Source of the DNA: Escherichia phage JEP8
Length of the DNA: 64,000 nucleotides
Direction: 5' to 3' (one strand)
Sequence record: MT764208.1
The notes below the pieces were generated by a model that was not told the DNA's origin, made no database searches, and saw only the letters and a list, made by a program, of their open reading frames with translations. The translations under genes and the position numbers were made by a program. Shown here one piece after another: positions 12,364-21,153 of the stretch; position 1 is the stretch's first letter, and each line of letters opens with the position of its first letter.

Positions 12364-12951
12364 CTAAATATCTAACCAAGACAAGTCAGATCCGCCCAAG
12401 ATTTTTTCGACGGCGGATCTATTTTCTTGATGATATAAGTTAAAACATGGTATCCCATGTCTACGGGCAACATAAACAGCAATTCTAGTTCCTCCAGAAA
12501 CAATCCCATTAACTTCTTTCGCCCAAAATAACACACAATCTACAGGATCATCAAGTGTCTCACCTAAGACTTGAGCAACATTTCTAGAAAACAGATTTTG
12601 CATGTATAACGGTATAGAACGAGGATTATCATAAACGTGTTCTAATTCATCCATCGCCAGATTTTTTTGTTCTAAGGTTTGCCATGCAATCACATCATGA
12701 CCGTTATGCTTATGGTCGTAAAACTTCCAATTTGGAATGAAAATTTTTCTATAATCTGGATCGTAATACTTCATGAAAGCATTGTCCATACCGTAAGCCC
12801 CTCCAGAATGCGCTACAACGCGATTTTCTGACAATACCCTCCCAATGGTACTAGCCATTATCAAAATGTCGCTAGGCGCTTTTCTAGAGCCGATTAAAGC
12901 ACATCTACGAAGTGGTTTTACTCCAAATAGATCTTGTAACTGGTCAAACAT
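12364..12951 (-). CDS. SLOG/DprA-Smf-like Rossmann-fold protein (hypothetical)
   Basis: 195 aa; GSRKAP…HSGGAYGMDNA and …GGTRIA… resemble the GxR…SGGAxGxD signature of SLOG/DprA-like domains; call is motif-level only. Confidence 0.4.
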   Translation of the reverse strand: MFDQLQDLFGVKPLRRCALIGSRKAPSDILIMASTIGRVLSENRVVAHSGGAYGMDNAFMKYYDPDYRKIFIPNWKFYDHKHNGHDVIAWQTLEQKNLAMDELEHVYDNPRSIPLYMQNLFSRNVAQVLGETLDDPVDCVLFWAKEVNGIVSGGTRIAVYVARRHGIPCFNLYHQENRSAVEKILGGSDLSWLDI

Positions 12952-13104
12952 AATATTTCCTCCATAGAAAGCAATATCATACTACAAGTTAATAACAAAT
13001 ACAAGTATCCGCGTAGCGGAAGCGAGCACAGCGAGCAATAAAAACACTTCCAGTAATTGATTAATAAATGTTCGAAACAAATTTTTATTATTCTATAAGA
13101 TAAG

Positions 13105-13130
13105 TCTTCGTTTTGATCATAATTTAATCA
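13105..13130. repeat. 26-bp direct repeat copy 1 (TCTTCGTTTTGATCATAATTTAATCA)
   Basis: exact copy recurs at about 13254-13279 in the same intergenic region. Confidence 0.8.
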
Positions 13131-13253
13131 TACATGTAAAAACTACACAAAAGGATATCGCTTCGCGAACTCCTACGGAGTATAACATTTGTGTTACAAT
13201 ATGTAGTGATTAATAATTAACCAAAGATACATTTTCTATGTTCTAAAGATCTT

Positions 13254-13279
13254 TCTTCGTTTTGATCATAATTTAATCA
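13254..13279. repeat. 26-bp direct repeat copy 2
   Basis: identical to copy at 13105-13130. Confidence 0.8.
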
Positions 13280-13333
13280 AACAGTATTAATATTGTGCAC
13301 ATGTAAACTAAAATTATGTCAATAATAGATACG

Positions 13334-13358
13334 AAAAAGCCGCCCCGAAGGACGGCTA
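13334..13358 (-). terminator. rho-independent terminator (minus strand) after ORF 13366-13803
   Basis: AGCCGCCCC-gaag-GACGGCT hairpin with an A-run on the plus side, giving a U-run on minus-strand RNA. Confidence 0.55.
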
Positions 13359-13365
13359 ATGTTAA

Positions 13366-13803
13366 TTATTTGTTGATAACGATCTGATTTCGGCGAATGG
13401 TAACATTACTCTTAGAGATGATCAGATCATCCGGCACTACGTTAGTTTTGTATGGTTGGAAGCGAACAAGCATCTGATTGCGTTTAGACCCTTCCTTAAT
13501 CTTGATTTCCATCTGGATATTGTTGCCTACGTGAGCAACCGCAATTTCACCTTTATTCTCATAGACCCACTTGTTGGTAACGTCTCCAGCAAAAGCCTTA
13601 ATAACTTGCAATGCTTCGTCGTATGCGGTAGAGCTGTGAACTTTCAGAAGTCCAGCCGTAGCAAGACGGGAGCAGGTGATCGCCGGAGATTGCCAAACAT
13701 CAACATTAATTTGCTCAATCAGAGTAACACCGCCCTGATCAACTGCTTTGAATGCTTCGAACATTGCCTTTTTCATTGCTACGTGGTTTTTACGGAATTT
13801 CAT
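13366..13803 (-). CDS. hypothetical protein (145 aa)
   Basis: ORF with RBS GAGGTG upstream; no recognised motif; the antisense track ORF 13456-13809 is judged spurious. Confidence 0.4.
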   Translation of the reverse strand: MKFRKNHVAMKKAMFEAFKAVDQGGVTLIEQINVDVWQSPAITCSRLATAGLLKVHSSTAYDEALQVIKAFAGDVTNKWVYENKGEIAVAHVGNNIQMEIKIKEGSKRNQMLVRFQPYKTNVVPDDLIISKSNVTIRRNQIVINK

Positions 13804-13849
13804 AATTAGTCACCTCTATTGATTAGTTATTCAGAATATTAATTACAAA

Positions 13850-14125
13850 TCAGGACATTGCCCGTTTGAATGCGTCCATTATAACAGTGTTATTTGGCTT
13901 GTCAACACGTTTTTGAACTTTATTTTTAAATTTTTTGTTGATGTGGTGTTTACGATAAACAACCTTTTCACGGCTGGCGTAAGCCTCGCGTGCATCTTTT
14001 ACCATCAACCATGCCTTAGCCGCATCTTGTCCGCTGATCCCGCCAATCTTCTTAGCAATATCAACAAAATTAAGACCGTGGTCTTCGCGTAGCATGTAAA
14101 CCATTAACGCTGTTTTCTTGTCCAT
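13850..14125 (-). CDS. hypothetical protein (about 92 aa)
   Basis: start placed at internal ATG (MDKKTALMVYML…) that overlaps the stop of the upstream small ORF (TGATG coupling). Confidence 0.35.
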   Translation of the reverse strand: MDKKTALMVYMLREDHGLNFVDIAKKIGGISGQDAAKAWLMVKDAREAYASREKVVYRKHHINKKFKNKVQKRVDKPNNTVIMDAFKRAMS

Positions 14126-14322
14126 CACTTCGCCCCATTGACGATTAACAGGATAGTGATCAGTACCGGAAACTGGATCATGACAGTACCAATAAACCGG
14201 ATAAACGCATTTTCTGACTTCCACACATGACATGCGACTAGCTGATAGACCATTGTTGCAACCAAAGCCAGAAAATACATCTCGATTGGTGTTTCTTTGA
14301 TCAATCGTACAATCTCATTCAT
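14125..14322 (-). CDS. hypothetical small membrane protein (65 aa)
   Basis: hydrophobic segments (…MYFLALVATMVYQLV…VLITILLIV…); RBS GAGGTG upstream. Confidence 0.35.
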   Translation of the reverse strand: MNEIVRLIKETPIEMYFLALVATMVYQLVACHVWKSENAFIRFIGTVMIQFPVLITILLIVNGAK

Positions 14323-14481
14323 ACTTCACCTCATACATTCATAAACACAACAACGAATAGGACAGTAACAGTTATTAAAGCCATTTTCAACCCCATATTC
14401 ATAATATTTTCTTCGCCTCACTATGACAGTAGCATGTCGATGCGTGCCATTATAGGCATCTAAATCGCTCTGTCAAGCACT

Positions 14482-14513
14482 AAAAACAAAAAAAGCCACC
14501 CCGAAGGATGGCT
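14482..14513 (-). terminator. rho-independent terminator (minus strand) after hoc
   Basis: AGCCACCCC-gaag-GATGGCT hairpin flanked by a long A-run on the plus side. Confidence 0.6.
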
Positions 14514-14524
14514 GATAGATTTCA

Positions 14525-15727
14525 TTAATCACGAATGCGTAGAACTCGCTCTAACGTATCTCGGTCCAGTTTATGTAACTCTTTGGAATGATACATGAAA
14601 CCATTGCGAGATTCCATGCAAGTGCAATCACTATATTTTTCTTCCGCTGCCGCGATTGTCTCCAGATCTTTGGCGTACTTGCTGGTAGAATAAACTTCTC
14701 GGTCACGCCACTCTAACCCAGCCTCATTGAATTTAACAATCTCGTCAAATACCCACCATCCAATGTAGATAAATGAAGTTTTGCGCCACGGGATCGGGTG
14801 TACGTAACGAAACATTTTAACAACTTCCATTGAACATTTTCTACTTGTACTTGTTGCAACTTCTACTGTTTCATTTTCGATCTGTTGATATAGTTTAGCA
14901 ACACACCAGAATTTGGCTGTGTCATCGTAAGTAGCACTCTCTTTGAACAGATGACCGTCTGGAGTGATAGAAAATCCTTCCTGTGCTTCGCCGACCTCAT
15001 TACCGATCAGAGTCGGTGACAGTTGCCCTTCGCGCTGCAAATACCAGTTATGTTTGATCGTCAATTCAGGCATACCGCTAGAATCGCCTACAATGTCCTC
15101 TGACACAACATAATTAAGTAAGATCTCATTACCTAGTGCCACGGTCTTTGATTCCACCACATCCTGTTCTACGTTCATTGTTGCCAGCATGATTTTAGTC
15201 GATGCGCTATTGGCTGAATCTTCCGACTCACCCCACACTTTTACAGTATACACGCCGTTTTTATCTGCTGTAAATTTTTGGATTGTAATATCCTGTTTTG
15301 TGTCTATAACTTCTTCGCCCTTACTCCAACTATAATGTAGTTCATAGTTGTCTGATGGAGTCTTCCCACCAGAAAAATTTACTGTTGCATGTAATTCTAC
15401 GTCTGTTTGTGATGATACGTAGAAATGCTGCGGTTCGGTGATATTTACGATTAATTCCGCTTCTTCCATGAGGAAAACTTCAGATTCTACTGATGTCGTC
15501 GTATCGGTATCTTGTACCGTTACTTTATAGCTACCCGCATTTTCACTTGTTGCGCCTTCTACAGTTAGCGTAGCTGTGTTATTTTCATGCGGTTGGTCGT
15601 CTTTTGTCCATGTATATGTCAAATTGCTGGGTAATGGTTCGTCACCATCTACAGTCGCCGTTAAGGTGAAACCATCGCCAGCAAGAAAACATCTTTTGTC
15701 AGATTTAATTGATACTGTGAAAGCCAT
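14525..15727 (-). CDS. hoc: outer capsid decoration protein Hoc-like (Ig-like repeats)
   Basis: 400 aa; repetitive Ig-like N-terminal region; C-terminal …YVHPIPWRKTSFIYIGWWVFDEIVK…ESRNGFMYHSK matches the T4 Hoc capsid-binding C-terminus. Confidence 0.85.
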   Translation of the reverse strand: MAFTVSIKSDKRCFLAGDGFTLTATVDGDEPLPSNLTYTWTKDDQPHENNTATLTVEGATSENAGSYKVTVQDTDTTTSVESEVFLMEEAELIVNITEPQHFYVSSQTDVELHATVNFSGGKTPSDNYELHYSWSKGEEVIDTKQDITIQKFTADKNGVYTVKVWGESEDSANSASTKIMLATMNVEQDVVESKTVALGNEILLNYVVSEDIVGDSSGMPELTIKHNWYLQREGQLSPTLIGNEVGEAQEGFSITPDGHLFKESATYDDTAKFWCVAKLYQQIENETVEVATSTSRKCSMEVVKMFRYVHPIPWRKTSFIYIGWWVFDEIVKFNEAGLEWRDREVYSTSKYAKDLETIAAAEEKYSDCTCMESRNGFMYHSKELHKLDRDTLERVLRIRD

Positions 15728-15896
15728 ATAAAGCCACTCCCATCGAAAATCCGAATTTAATTAATTGAAATAGTTGATTGTCATCAACCAGATAACCATT
15801 GCGAGATTCCAATACATGAGTATTAGAATAGTGATGCAACGAGGCCGAAATAGTATCGATCTCGTCTGGGTATTTGTTCTGTTTGATGTAATACAT
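15705..15896 (-). CDS. hypothetical small ORF with Hoc-C-terminus-like ESRNGY motif
   Basis: 63-aa track ORF overlapping the hoc start; contains …HVLESRNGYLVDD… similar to the Hoc C-terminal ESRNGFMYH; may be a remnant rather than a gene. Confidence 0.2.
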   Translation of the reverse strand: MYYIKQNKYPDEIDTISASLHHYSNTHVLESRNGYLVDDNQLFQLIKFGFSMGVALYGFHSIN

Positions 15897-15992
15897 TGAT
15901 TTTGTTAGACATGTAGTATCCTCTTTTTAATTGCATAACGGAACTACAATTAAAATTATAACAAATATTTCACAACTTTTATCACCCAAAAA

Positions 15993-16718
15993 TTACTTGA
16001 GTGTGTGGAATTGGCTATGTTTAGTCTCTCGCACCTTGACAGACCCATCGCGTTTGATATAATAGATCAGTGACTTGAGGGTGTCGTGTACATACGCGTG
16101 CGGGAAACGCTCTGGATACTTCTTCCAATCTGGAGTATTAACGATCCAGTCGAAAATCCACCACGGGCAGGAGTAGTAACCACGACCGCCACCGATCAAG
16201 CAAATGGTCGGACGGAAGCCAGTAAGATCGCAAAATGAATCAGTGTCATGTGATGGGGAACGATGTTCTGCTTCGTCAGAGAAAATGTTTGCTACCGGAG
16301 ATTTCACTTTAACTTCCGGTGCTTCTTCAACATCTGACTTAACTTCTTCGACCACTGGTTCAACTGCTGGAGATTCTTCTTTTGTTTCTTCAATGACGAT
16401 CTCAGTTTCTTTCATTGCTTCAACCAGAGACGGGTCAACTTCGTCGAATACCACTTTATCATCTGCGGTGTCTGCTGCCAGAATAAGATCGTTAATACTG
16501 GTTCCTTCTGCCGGAGTTTCTTCTTCCATTTCGGAAGCCAGTTTAGTTAATTCGGTTTCTACGAACTCGATCATGTTCTCTAGTGATAAAGTCTTTTTGA
16601 CCTTAATATCAAATTGTTTTGCGTAGTCAGCTAATTCTGTTTTAGCTGTTTTCTGTGCTTCTTTGTCGTCGGACGCCGCAATAGCGCGGAGTTCTTCGAA
16701 ATATTCTTTATCAAACAT
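15993..16718 (-). CDS. inh: Inh-like protein (prohead protease inhibitor-like) sharing the Hoc C-terminal motif
   Basis: 241 aa, acidic middle; C-terminal …CPWWIFDWIVNTPDWKKYPERFPHAYVHD… shares a WW[IV]FD motif with Hoc; position next to hoc as in T4. Confidence 0.55.
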   Translation of the reverse strand: MFDKEYFEELRAIAASDDKEAQKTAKTELADYAKQFDIKVKKTLSLENMIEFVETELTKLASEMEEETPAEGTSINDLILAADTADDKVVFDEVDPSLVEAMKETEIVIEETKEESPAVEPVVEEVKSDVEEAPEVKVKSPVANIFSDEAEHRSPSHDTDSFCDLTGFRPTICLIGGGRGYYSCPWWIFDWIVNTPDWKKYPERFPHAYVHDTLKSLIYYIKRDGSVKVRETKHSQFHTLK

Positions 16719-16744
16719 GTTATTCTCCTGATTGGGGGTGTTTG

Positions 16745-16752
16745 TATAAATA
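16745..16752 (+). promoter_or_regulatory. T4-type late promoter TATAAATA upstream of uvsW
   Basis: exact TATAAATA about 37 nt upstream of the uvsW ATG. Confidence 0.55.
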
Positions 16753-16788
16753 TTTGTATACTGTATTTATTGAGTGAGGCTATTCGCT

Positions 16789-18291
16789 ATGCAAGATATT
16801 AAAATTCACTTTCTGAACTACTCCCATGTTCAAATTGAATGTAGCGATTCAATTTTATTAGAAATGCGAGATTATTTTAGTTTTGAAGTCGAGGGAGCGC
16901 GGTTTCAAAAAAGATTTAAGTATGGTGGATGGGATGGGCGTATTCGTCTTTTAGATTACAACGGAAAGCTGCCAATCGGCCTAACTAAAACCGTGGGAAT
17001 CTTCGCTAAAAATATGGGCTATAGCGTATGGGTAGATCCTCGCTTATTCGAAAAAGAACAAGTTACAGAAGAAGAAATTACAAAATGGTGTAATGACTTA
17101 GAATTATATTCCGGTGATAACAGGATCACCCCGCATTGGTATCAATCAAAGGCCGTCTTTGAAGGTATTCATCATAAACGCCGTATGTTAGTTTTGCCTA
17201 CGTCCGCTGGTAAATCTGCGATTGCTTGTATGTTGTCTCGTTGGTACTTAGAGAACTACGAAGGGAAAGTGTTGATCATCGTTCCTACCACGTCGCTAGT
17301 GCTGCAAATGCGTGATGACTTTGTTGATTATCGCCAGTTTCCTTATGAAGCAATTCATACTATCATGAGCGGTACTAGTAAACACGTAGGTGATCGCCTG
17401 ATCGTTGTTAGTACGTGGCAATCTGCATGTAAACAACCTCGTGAGTGGTTCCAACAATTCGGGATGGTTATTGTTGACGAATGTCACAAGGCCACTGCTA
17501 AAAACCTGCTAAACATCGTTACTGATATGGATCATTGCCAATTTAAGATCGGCATGACTGGTTCCCCTCGTGACGGGAAAGCTAACATGATGCAGTATGT
17601 CGGGCTTTTCGGTGATATTTCTAAGATCGTGAGTATTGACCGCCTGATGGAAGAAGGGCAGGTGACAAAACTGAAAATTAACTGTCTTTTCCTTCGTTAT
17701 ACCGATGAGGAATGTAGCGCGGTTAAGGGGAGAGAATATGCGGAAGAGATCAAGTATATTACATCTAACCCACGACGAAATAAGTTTGCTTGCAATTTGG
17801 CGCTAAAACTCGCTAAGAAGGGCGAAAACGTATTCCTGATGTTCCGCAATACTAAGCACGGAAAACTTATGTATGACGCGTTACAGAAGGTACACGACAA
17901 GGTTTATTATATTGACGGTGGAGTTAAGACAGAAGAACGTGATGAATTTAAGAAAATGGCGGAGGGTGACACCGGGATCATTTGTGTTGCGTCTTATGGT
18001 GTGTTCTCTACTGGTGTTTCAATTAAGAATTTGCACCATGTTATTTTCGGTCATCCAGTGAAGGAATCAACTATCGTTCGTCAGAGTATCGGTCGTGCAT
18101 TGCGTAAACATGGTTCTAAGGATATTGCTACCGTTTGGGATCTTATAGATCATCTGGCGGTGAAGACAAAGAGCAAGAATGCTAAGAAACAGTTTAGTCA
18201 CCTTAATTATGCTCTTAAACATGCCCTTGAAAGAATAAAAATTTACAACACCGATCGATTCGAATATGTCACGAAAACCATCGAGATTTAA
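16789..18291 (+). CDS. uvsW: UvsW RNA-DNA/DNA helicase
   Basis: start placed at MQDIKIHF… aligning with the T4 UvsW N-terminus; SF2 helicase motifs (LPTSAGKS, DECH). Confidence 0.93.
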   Translation: MQDIKIHFLNYSHVQIECSDSILLEMRDYFSFEVEGARFQKRFKYGGWDGRIRLLDYNGKLPIGLTKTVGIFAKNMGYSVWVDPRLFEKEQVTEEEITKWCNDLELYSGDNRITPHWYQSKAVFEGIHHKRRMLVLPTSAGKSAIACMLSRWYLENYEGKVLIIVPTTSLVLQMRDDFVDYRQFPYEAIHTIMSGTSKHVGDRLIVVSTWQSACKQPREWFQQFGMVIVDECHKATAKNLLNIVTDMDHCQFKIGMTGSPRDGKANMMQYVGLFGDISKIVSIDRLMEEGQVTKLKINCLFLRYTDEECSAVKGREYAEEIKYITSNPRRNKFACNLALKLAKKGENVFLMFRNTKHGKLMYDALQKVHDKVYYIDGGVKTEERDEFKKMAEGDTGIICVASYGVFSTGVSIKNLHHVIFGHPVKESTIVRQSIGRALRKHGSKDIATVWDLIDHLAVKTKSKNAKKQFSHLNYALKHALERIKIYNTDRFEYVTKTIEI

Positions 18292-18334
18292 TAAATAGGG
18301 GCTTTAATGCCCCTTTATTCTACGGAGATTAAAA

Positions 18335-18571
18335 ATGATTAGCTTTAAACGTTTTTTGGTTGAGGCCGCTATTGACGGTTTCATGAGTAAGATTTATTCT
18401 TGTAATACTATCGAGGGATTAAATGAACTTGAGGCATATTATGAGAAGCGCAAGAAAGAAACAGAATTGAAACCTGCTGATGATATTTCGATCCGTGATG
18501 CCATCGCTGGACGCCGTAAGCAATTGGAGGCCGACAACGAGCCAGAAGAGGAGCCAGAAGAGGATTTTTAA
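18335..18571 (+). CDS. UvsW.1-like small protein
   Basis: 78-aa ORF directly downstream of uvsW, acidic C-terminus; assignment by position only. Confidence 0.4.
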   Translation: MISFKRFLVEAAIDGFMSKIYSCNTIEGLNELEAYYEKRKKETELKPADDISIRDAIAGRRKQLEADNEPEEEPEEDF

Positions 18572-18575
18572 GATA

Positions 18576-18608
18576 TAAAAAAGCCCCATCAATGATGGGG
18601 CAAAATAA
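18576..18608 (-). terminator. rho-independent terminator (minus strand; convergent junction)
   Basis: GCCCCATC-aat-GATGGGGC hairpin with plus-side A-run; sits where plus (uvsW) and minus (uvsY) transcription converge. Confidence 0.55.
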
Positions 18609-18634
18609 ACCAATTAAAATCGGTTATCAACAAA

Positions 18635-18811
18635 TTACATTAACAGCATTGTTTGCTCTACGAGTTGTTCTTGTTCTTCGCCGTTCGCATCTTCACTAAT
18701 CGAACGTTCTGTTACTAGCTGTAAGCAGTAGCCAGTGTGAACAACGCCGTTTTCTGTCTGGACGGCTAACGCATCCTCGACAGGTTGTTTACAACAAATA
18801 CAGATTTTCAT
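18635..18811 (-). CDS. hypothetical Cys-rich small protein (58 aa; uvsY-adjacent)
   Basis: ORF MKICICCKQPVEDALAV… with RBS GGAGGAA; not in ORF track; coordinates approximate. Confidence 0.35.
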   Translation of the reverse strand: MKICICCKQPVEDALAVQTENGVVHTGYCLQLVTERSISEDANGEEQEQLVEQTMLLM

Positions 18812-18832
18812 AAAAATTCCTCCTGCATGTAT

Positions 18833-19240
18833 TTAGCGACCAGATTCAAGCATACGCAATTCTATAGCATTCTTGATCGCAAATCCACGAGATTTAACGA
18901 TATCAAGTGCGCGACCAGCGAAATCCATTACCATCTGGTAGTATGCAATTTTCGTATCAAGTGGTAAGATCTCGTCGTCTGCTGCCATGACAACTTTCAA
19001 TTCTGATTTCTCATACTCAGCGCGACACCAGTCATCACTACGGTTAGTGTAAAAGTCAAGACGATTTTTCATAGCCTTTTTCTTTTTAGCCTCAAGAGCA
19101 ATCGTCTCTCTTTTCGCCTCGCTGTAAATCCTTAACCACTTTGAGTATACTACCGGATTATTCAGCGCCTCCCATTGCAACTTAGTCGCATCGATCTTCA
19201 TGTCAGCTTCTAATTGTTCTTTCAAATCGTTTAGGTCCAT
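18833..19240 (-). CDS. uvsY: UvsY recombination mediator
   Basis: 135 aa; …KLQWEALNNPVVYSKWL…IKSRGFAIKNAIELRMLESG matches T4 UvsY. Confidence 0.9.
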   Translation of the reverse strand: MDLNDLKEQLEADMKIDATKLQWEALNNPVVYSKWLRIYSEAKRETIALEAKKKKAMKNRLDFYTNRSDDWCRAEYEKSELKVVMAADDEILPLDTKIAYYQMVMDFAGRALDIVKSRGFAIKNAIELRMLESGR

Positions 19241-19287
19241 AATATCCCCTTATTCACACTAAGACCTATATCATATCACACACAAAA

Positions 19288-19674
19288 TCACTTTGCAAGT
19301 CTTATGCGTAGTTGTTCAAGATCATCTGGGTTATCTATTACTGAAAAGTAGATTGATACTATGATTGAGTTATCGTCGTACTGCGGAGTTACTTCTACTG
19401 TCAGGTTTCGGACCCGTGGTTCATAGTTTCGGATCGCCTCATTGATGTTTTTTGATAAGGTGTCCACTGTCAGTGGGTTCATGTTCTCAAACAGTGATTT
19501 ATTGAGATCGCATCCAAACAGTGGATCAAATGGACGAGATCCCTTGCGAGTAGTAACGATCAGTAGAATCGAATCCTTAACCGCTTTAATTCCTATGTTC
19601 TTTTTAACGTCGTTATTCCATGATCTGGATATATTGAGATCCAAATCAGTATACATCTGATTAATAGTTGCCAT
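19288..19674 (-). CDS. 25: baseplate wedge protein (gp25-like)
   Basis: start placed at ATG (MATINQMYTDLD…); …TTRKGSRPFDPLFGCDL…NYEPRV…FSVIDNPDD matches T4 gp25. Confidence 0.9.
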   Translation of the reverse strand: MATINQMYTDLDLNISRSWNNDVKKNIGIKAVKDSILLIVTTRKGSRPFDPLFGCDLNKSLFENMNPLTVDTLSKNINEAIRNYEPRVRNLTVEVTPQYDDNSIIVSIYFSVIDNPDDLEQLRIRLAK

Positions 19675-19682
19675 GTTATACC

Positions 19683-20312
19683 TCAAAGAATTTTAAGGAA
19701 ACTGGATAGACCTGATAATGAATATACACCAGATTCCCCGCATTCGCATTTGATCGGTACTGCCAGCGTGATTTGATTTCTTGTTAGCTCGTCGATCACT
19801 TCTTCCACTTTATCCGTGGTAAGCATATCCAACACACGGTCAAAGTCCTGTGCGTTCAGGTCGTCTATATTGAATTGCTGATCGCCGATCACGATATATT
19901 CGATACATGCAATTACCATCTGCATAATATCAACATCTTCTGTAAACTTAGGTTGACGAAATTTAATTTTTATTTGACCTAAGTCCAGAATATACGGTTC
20001 AACTTCTGGTATCTGTGTGCGTGAAACATCAAGAGAATATACTTTCTCTTTATTGCATACACCACATACCCAAGTAGCATCAATTTTCATCTTATTTAGG
20101 CTGTGACACCATAAGAGAAGAAAAATATATTCTGCTTCGCATTTCTCTAGCTCTAATGCATTGATCCCCGTACATTCATGTATGATCTCTATAACAACCT
20201 CTGACAGCTTGCCAGTCTCTTTTGCTGCTACCAGTTTTTGAAATTCGCCGAAGGTGAAAGCACGGGCGTGTATTAACTTTTCGCCTAATTGGATCTTGAA
20301 AAAGTATTGCAT
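19683..20312 (-). CDS. 26: baseplate hub protein (gp26-like)
   Basis: 209 aa, divergently oriented from gene 51 as in T4; weak sequence signal, synteny-based. Confidence 0.75.
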   Translation of the reverse strand: MQYFFKIQLGEKLIHARAFTFGEFQKLVAAKETGKLSEVVIEIIHECTGINALELEKCEAEYIFLLLWCHSLNKMKIDATWVCGVCNKEKVYSLDVSRTQIPEVEPYILDLGQIKIKFRQPKFTEDVDIMQMVIACIEYIVIGDQQFNIDDLNAQDFDRVLDMLTTDKVEEVIDELTRNQITLAVPIKCECGESGVYSLSGLSSFLKIL

Positions 20313-20354
20313 AATAAAACACCCTTTATAAACACATAGAATTATTTAGTATTT

Positions 20355-20362
20355 TATAAATA
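20355..20362 (+). promoter_or_regulatory. T4-type late promoter TATAAATA upstream of gene 51
   Basis: exact TATAAATA about 21 nt upstream of the gene 51 ATG, in the divergent 26/51 intergenic region. Confidence 0.55.
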
Positions 20363-20382
20363 CCCGAAAGGGGGATTATACC

Positions 20383-21153
20383 ATGAATATTATCCGAATA
20401 AAACTACCGGAAGGTGTGCAGAGATTTAAACCATTCACGGTAAAAGATTATAGAGATTTCCTTCTGGTGTCAACTGAAATTAAGATGAATCCAGAAGAAG
20501 AACACACGATTCTTGATGAGCTATTAGAAGAAATATATCCAGATGTAGATCCGGCATTTCGTGAATATATTTTCCTGAATGTCTTTACTAGTTCAATTGG
20601 TAAAACGAAGATACCGCTTTGTTTTACTTGCCCGACTTGCAACAAAGAAAGAAGAATGTTGCTTAACTTACAGGTTGAAGCACTAAAACCAATCGTTCTG
20701 GAGGCCGCAGGGCTTAAAATAACTTTCCGGTATGTTAAACCATCAACCGACTATGCAAAAACGTTTCTGGATGCGATAGAGCGTGTATCTGATGGTGTTA
20801 ATGATTATCTATGGACTGAATTACCGGAAGAAGTCAGAGAACAGGTTATCGATTCAATCTCATTTGCTGAATTTGAAGAAGTTGTTAAGCAGATGCACAC
20901 GATCAAGATCGAACAAAAGATATCTTGTTGTGAAAGTCATGACCTGAAATACATAGGTCTTCTTCCATTATTCAAATTGTTGTTGAATCCAGATGAGTTA
21001 TTCATCTTTTATCGAATAAACCATCTATTGGCAAAATCAAATTATTCTATCAGTGATCTTATGGACATGTTGCCCGTCGAGAGAAACATTGCACTGACAC
21101 TGGTCGAGAAAGACGTAAAAGAGGCAAACAATGCAAAGAACGGGGTTTCCTAA
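20383..21153 (+). CDS. 51: baseplate hub assembly protein (gp51-like)
   Basis: 256 aa with CxxC motif (CFTCPTC); first gene of hub operon; synteny with T4. Confidence 0.75.
   Translation: MNIIRIKLPEGVQRFKPFTVKDYRDFLLVSTEIKMNPEEEHTILDELLEEIYPDVDPAFREYIFLNVFTSSIGKTKIPLCFTCPTCNKERRMLLNLQVEALKPIVLEAAGLKITFRYVKPSTDYAKTFLDAIERVSDGVNDYLWTELPEEVREQVIDSISFAEFEEVVKQMHTIKIEQKISCCESHDLKYIGLLPLFKLLLNPDELFIFYRINHLLAKSNYSISDLMDMLPVERNIALTLVEKDVKEANNAKNGVS

Noticed and set aside
13456-13809. 117-aa plus-strand ORF
   Set aside because: Antisense to the better-supported minus-strand ORF 13366-13803, which has a GAGGTG ribosome-binding site and a downstream terminator
14331-14403. 23-aa hydrophobic mini-ORF (MNMGLKMALITVTVLFVVVFMNV) upstream of the 65-aa membrane protein gene
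   Set aside because: Too short to support without conservation or expression data
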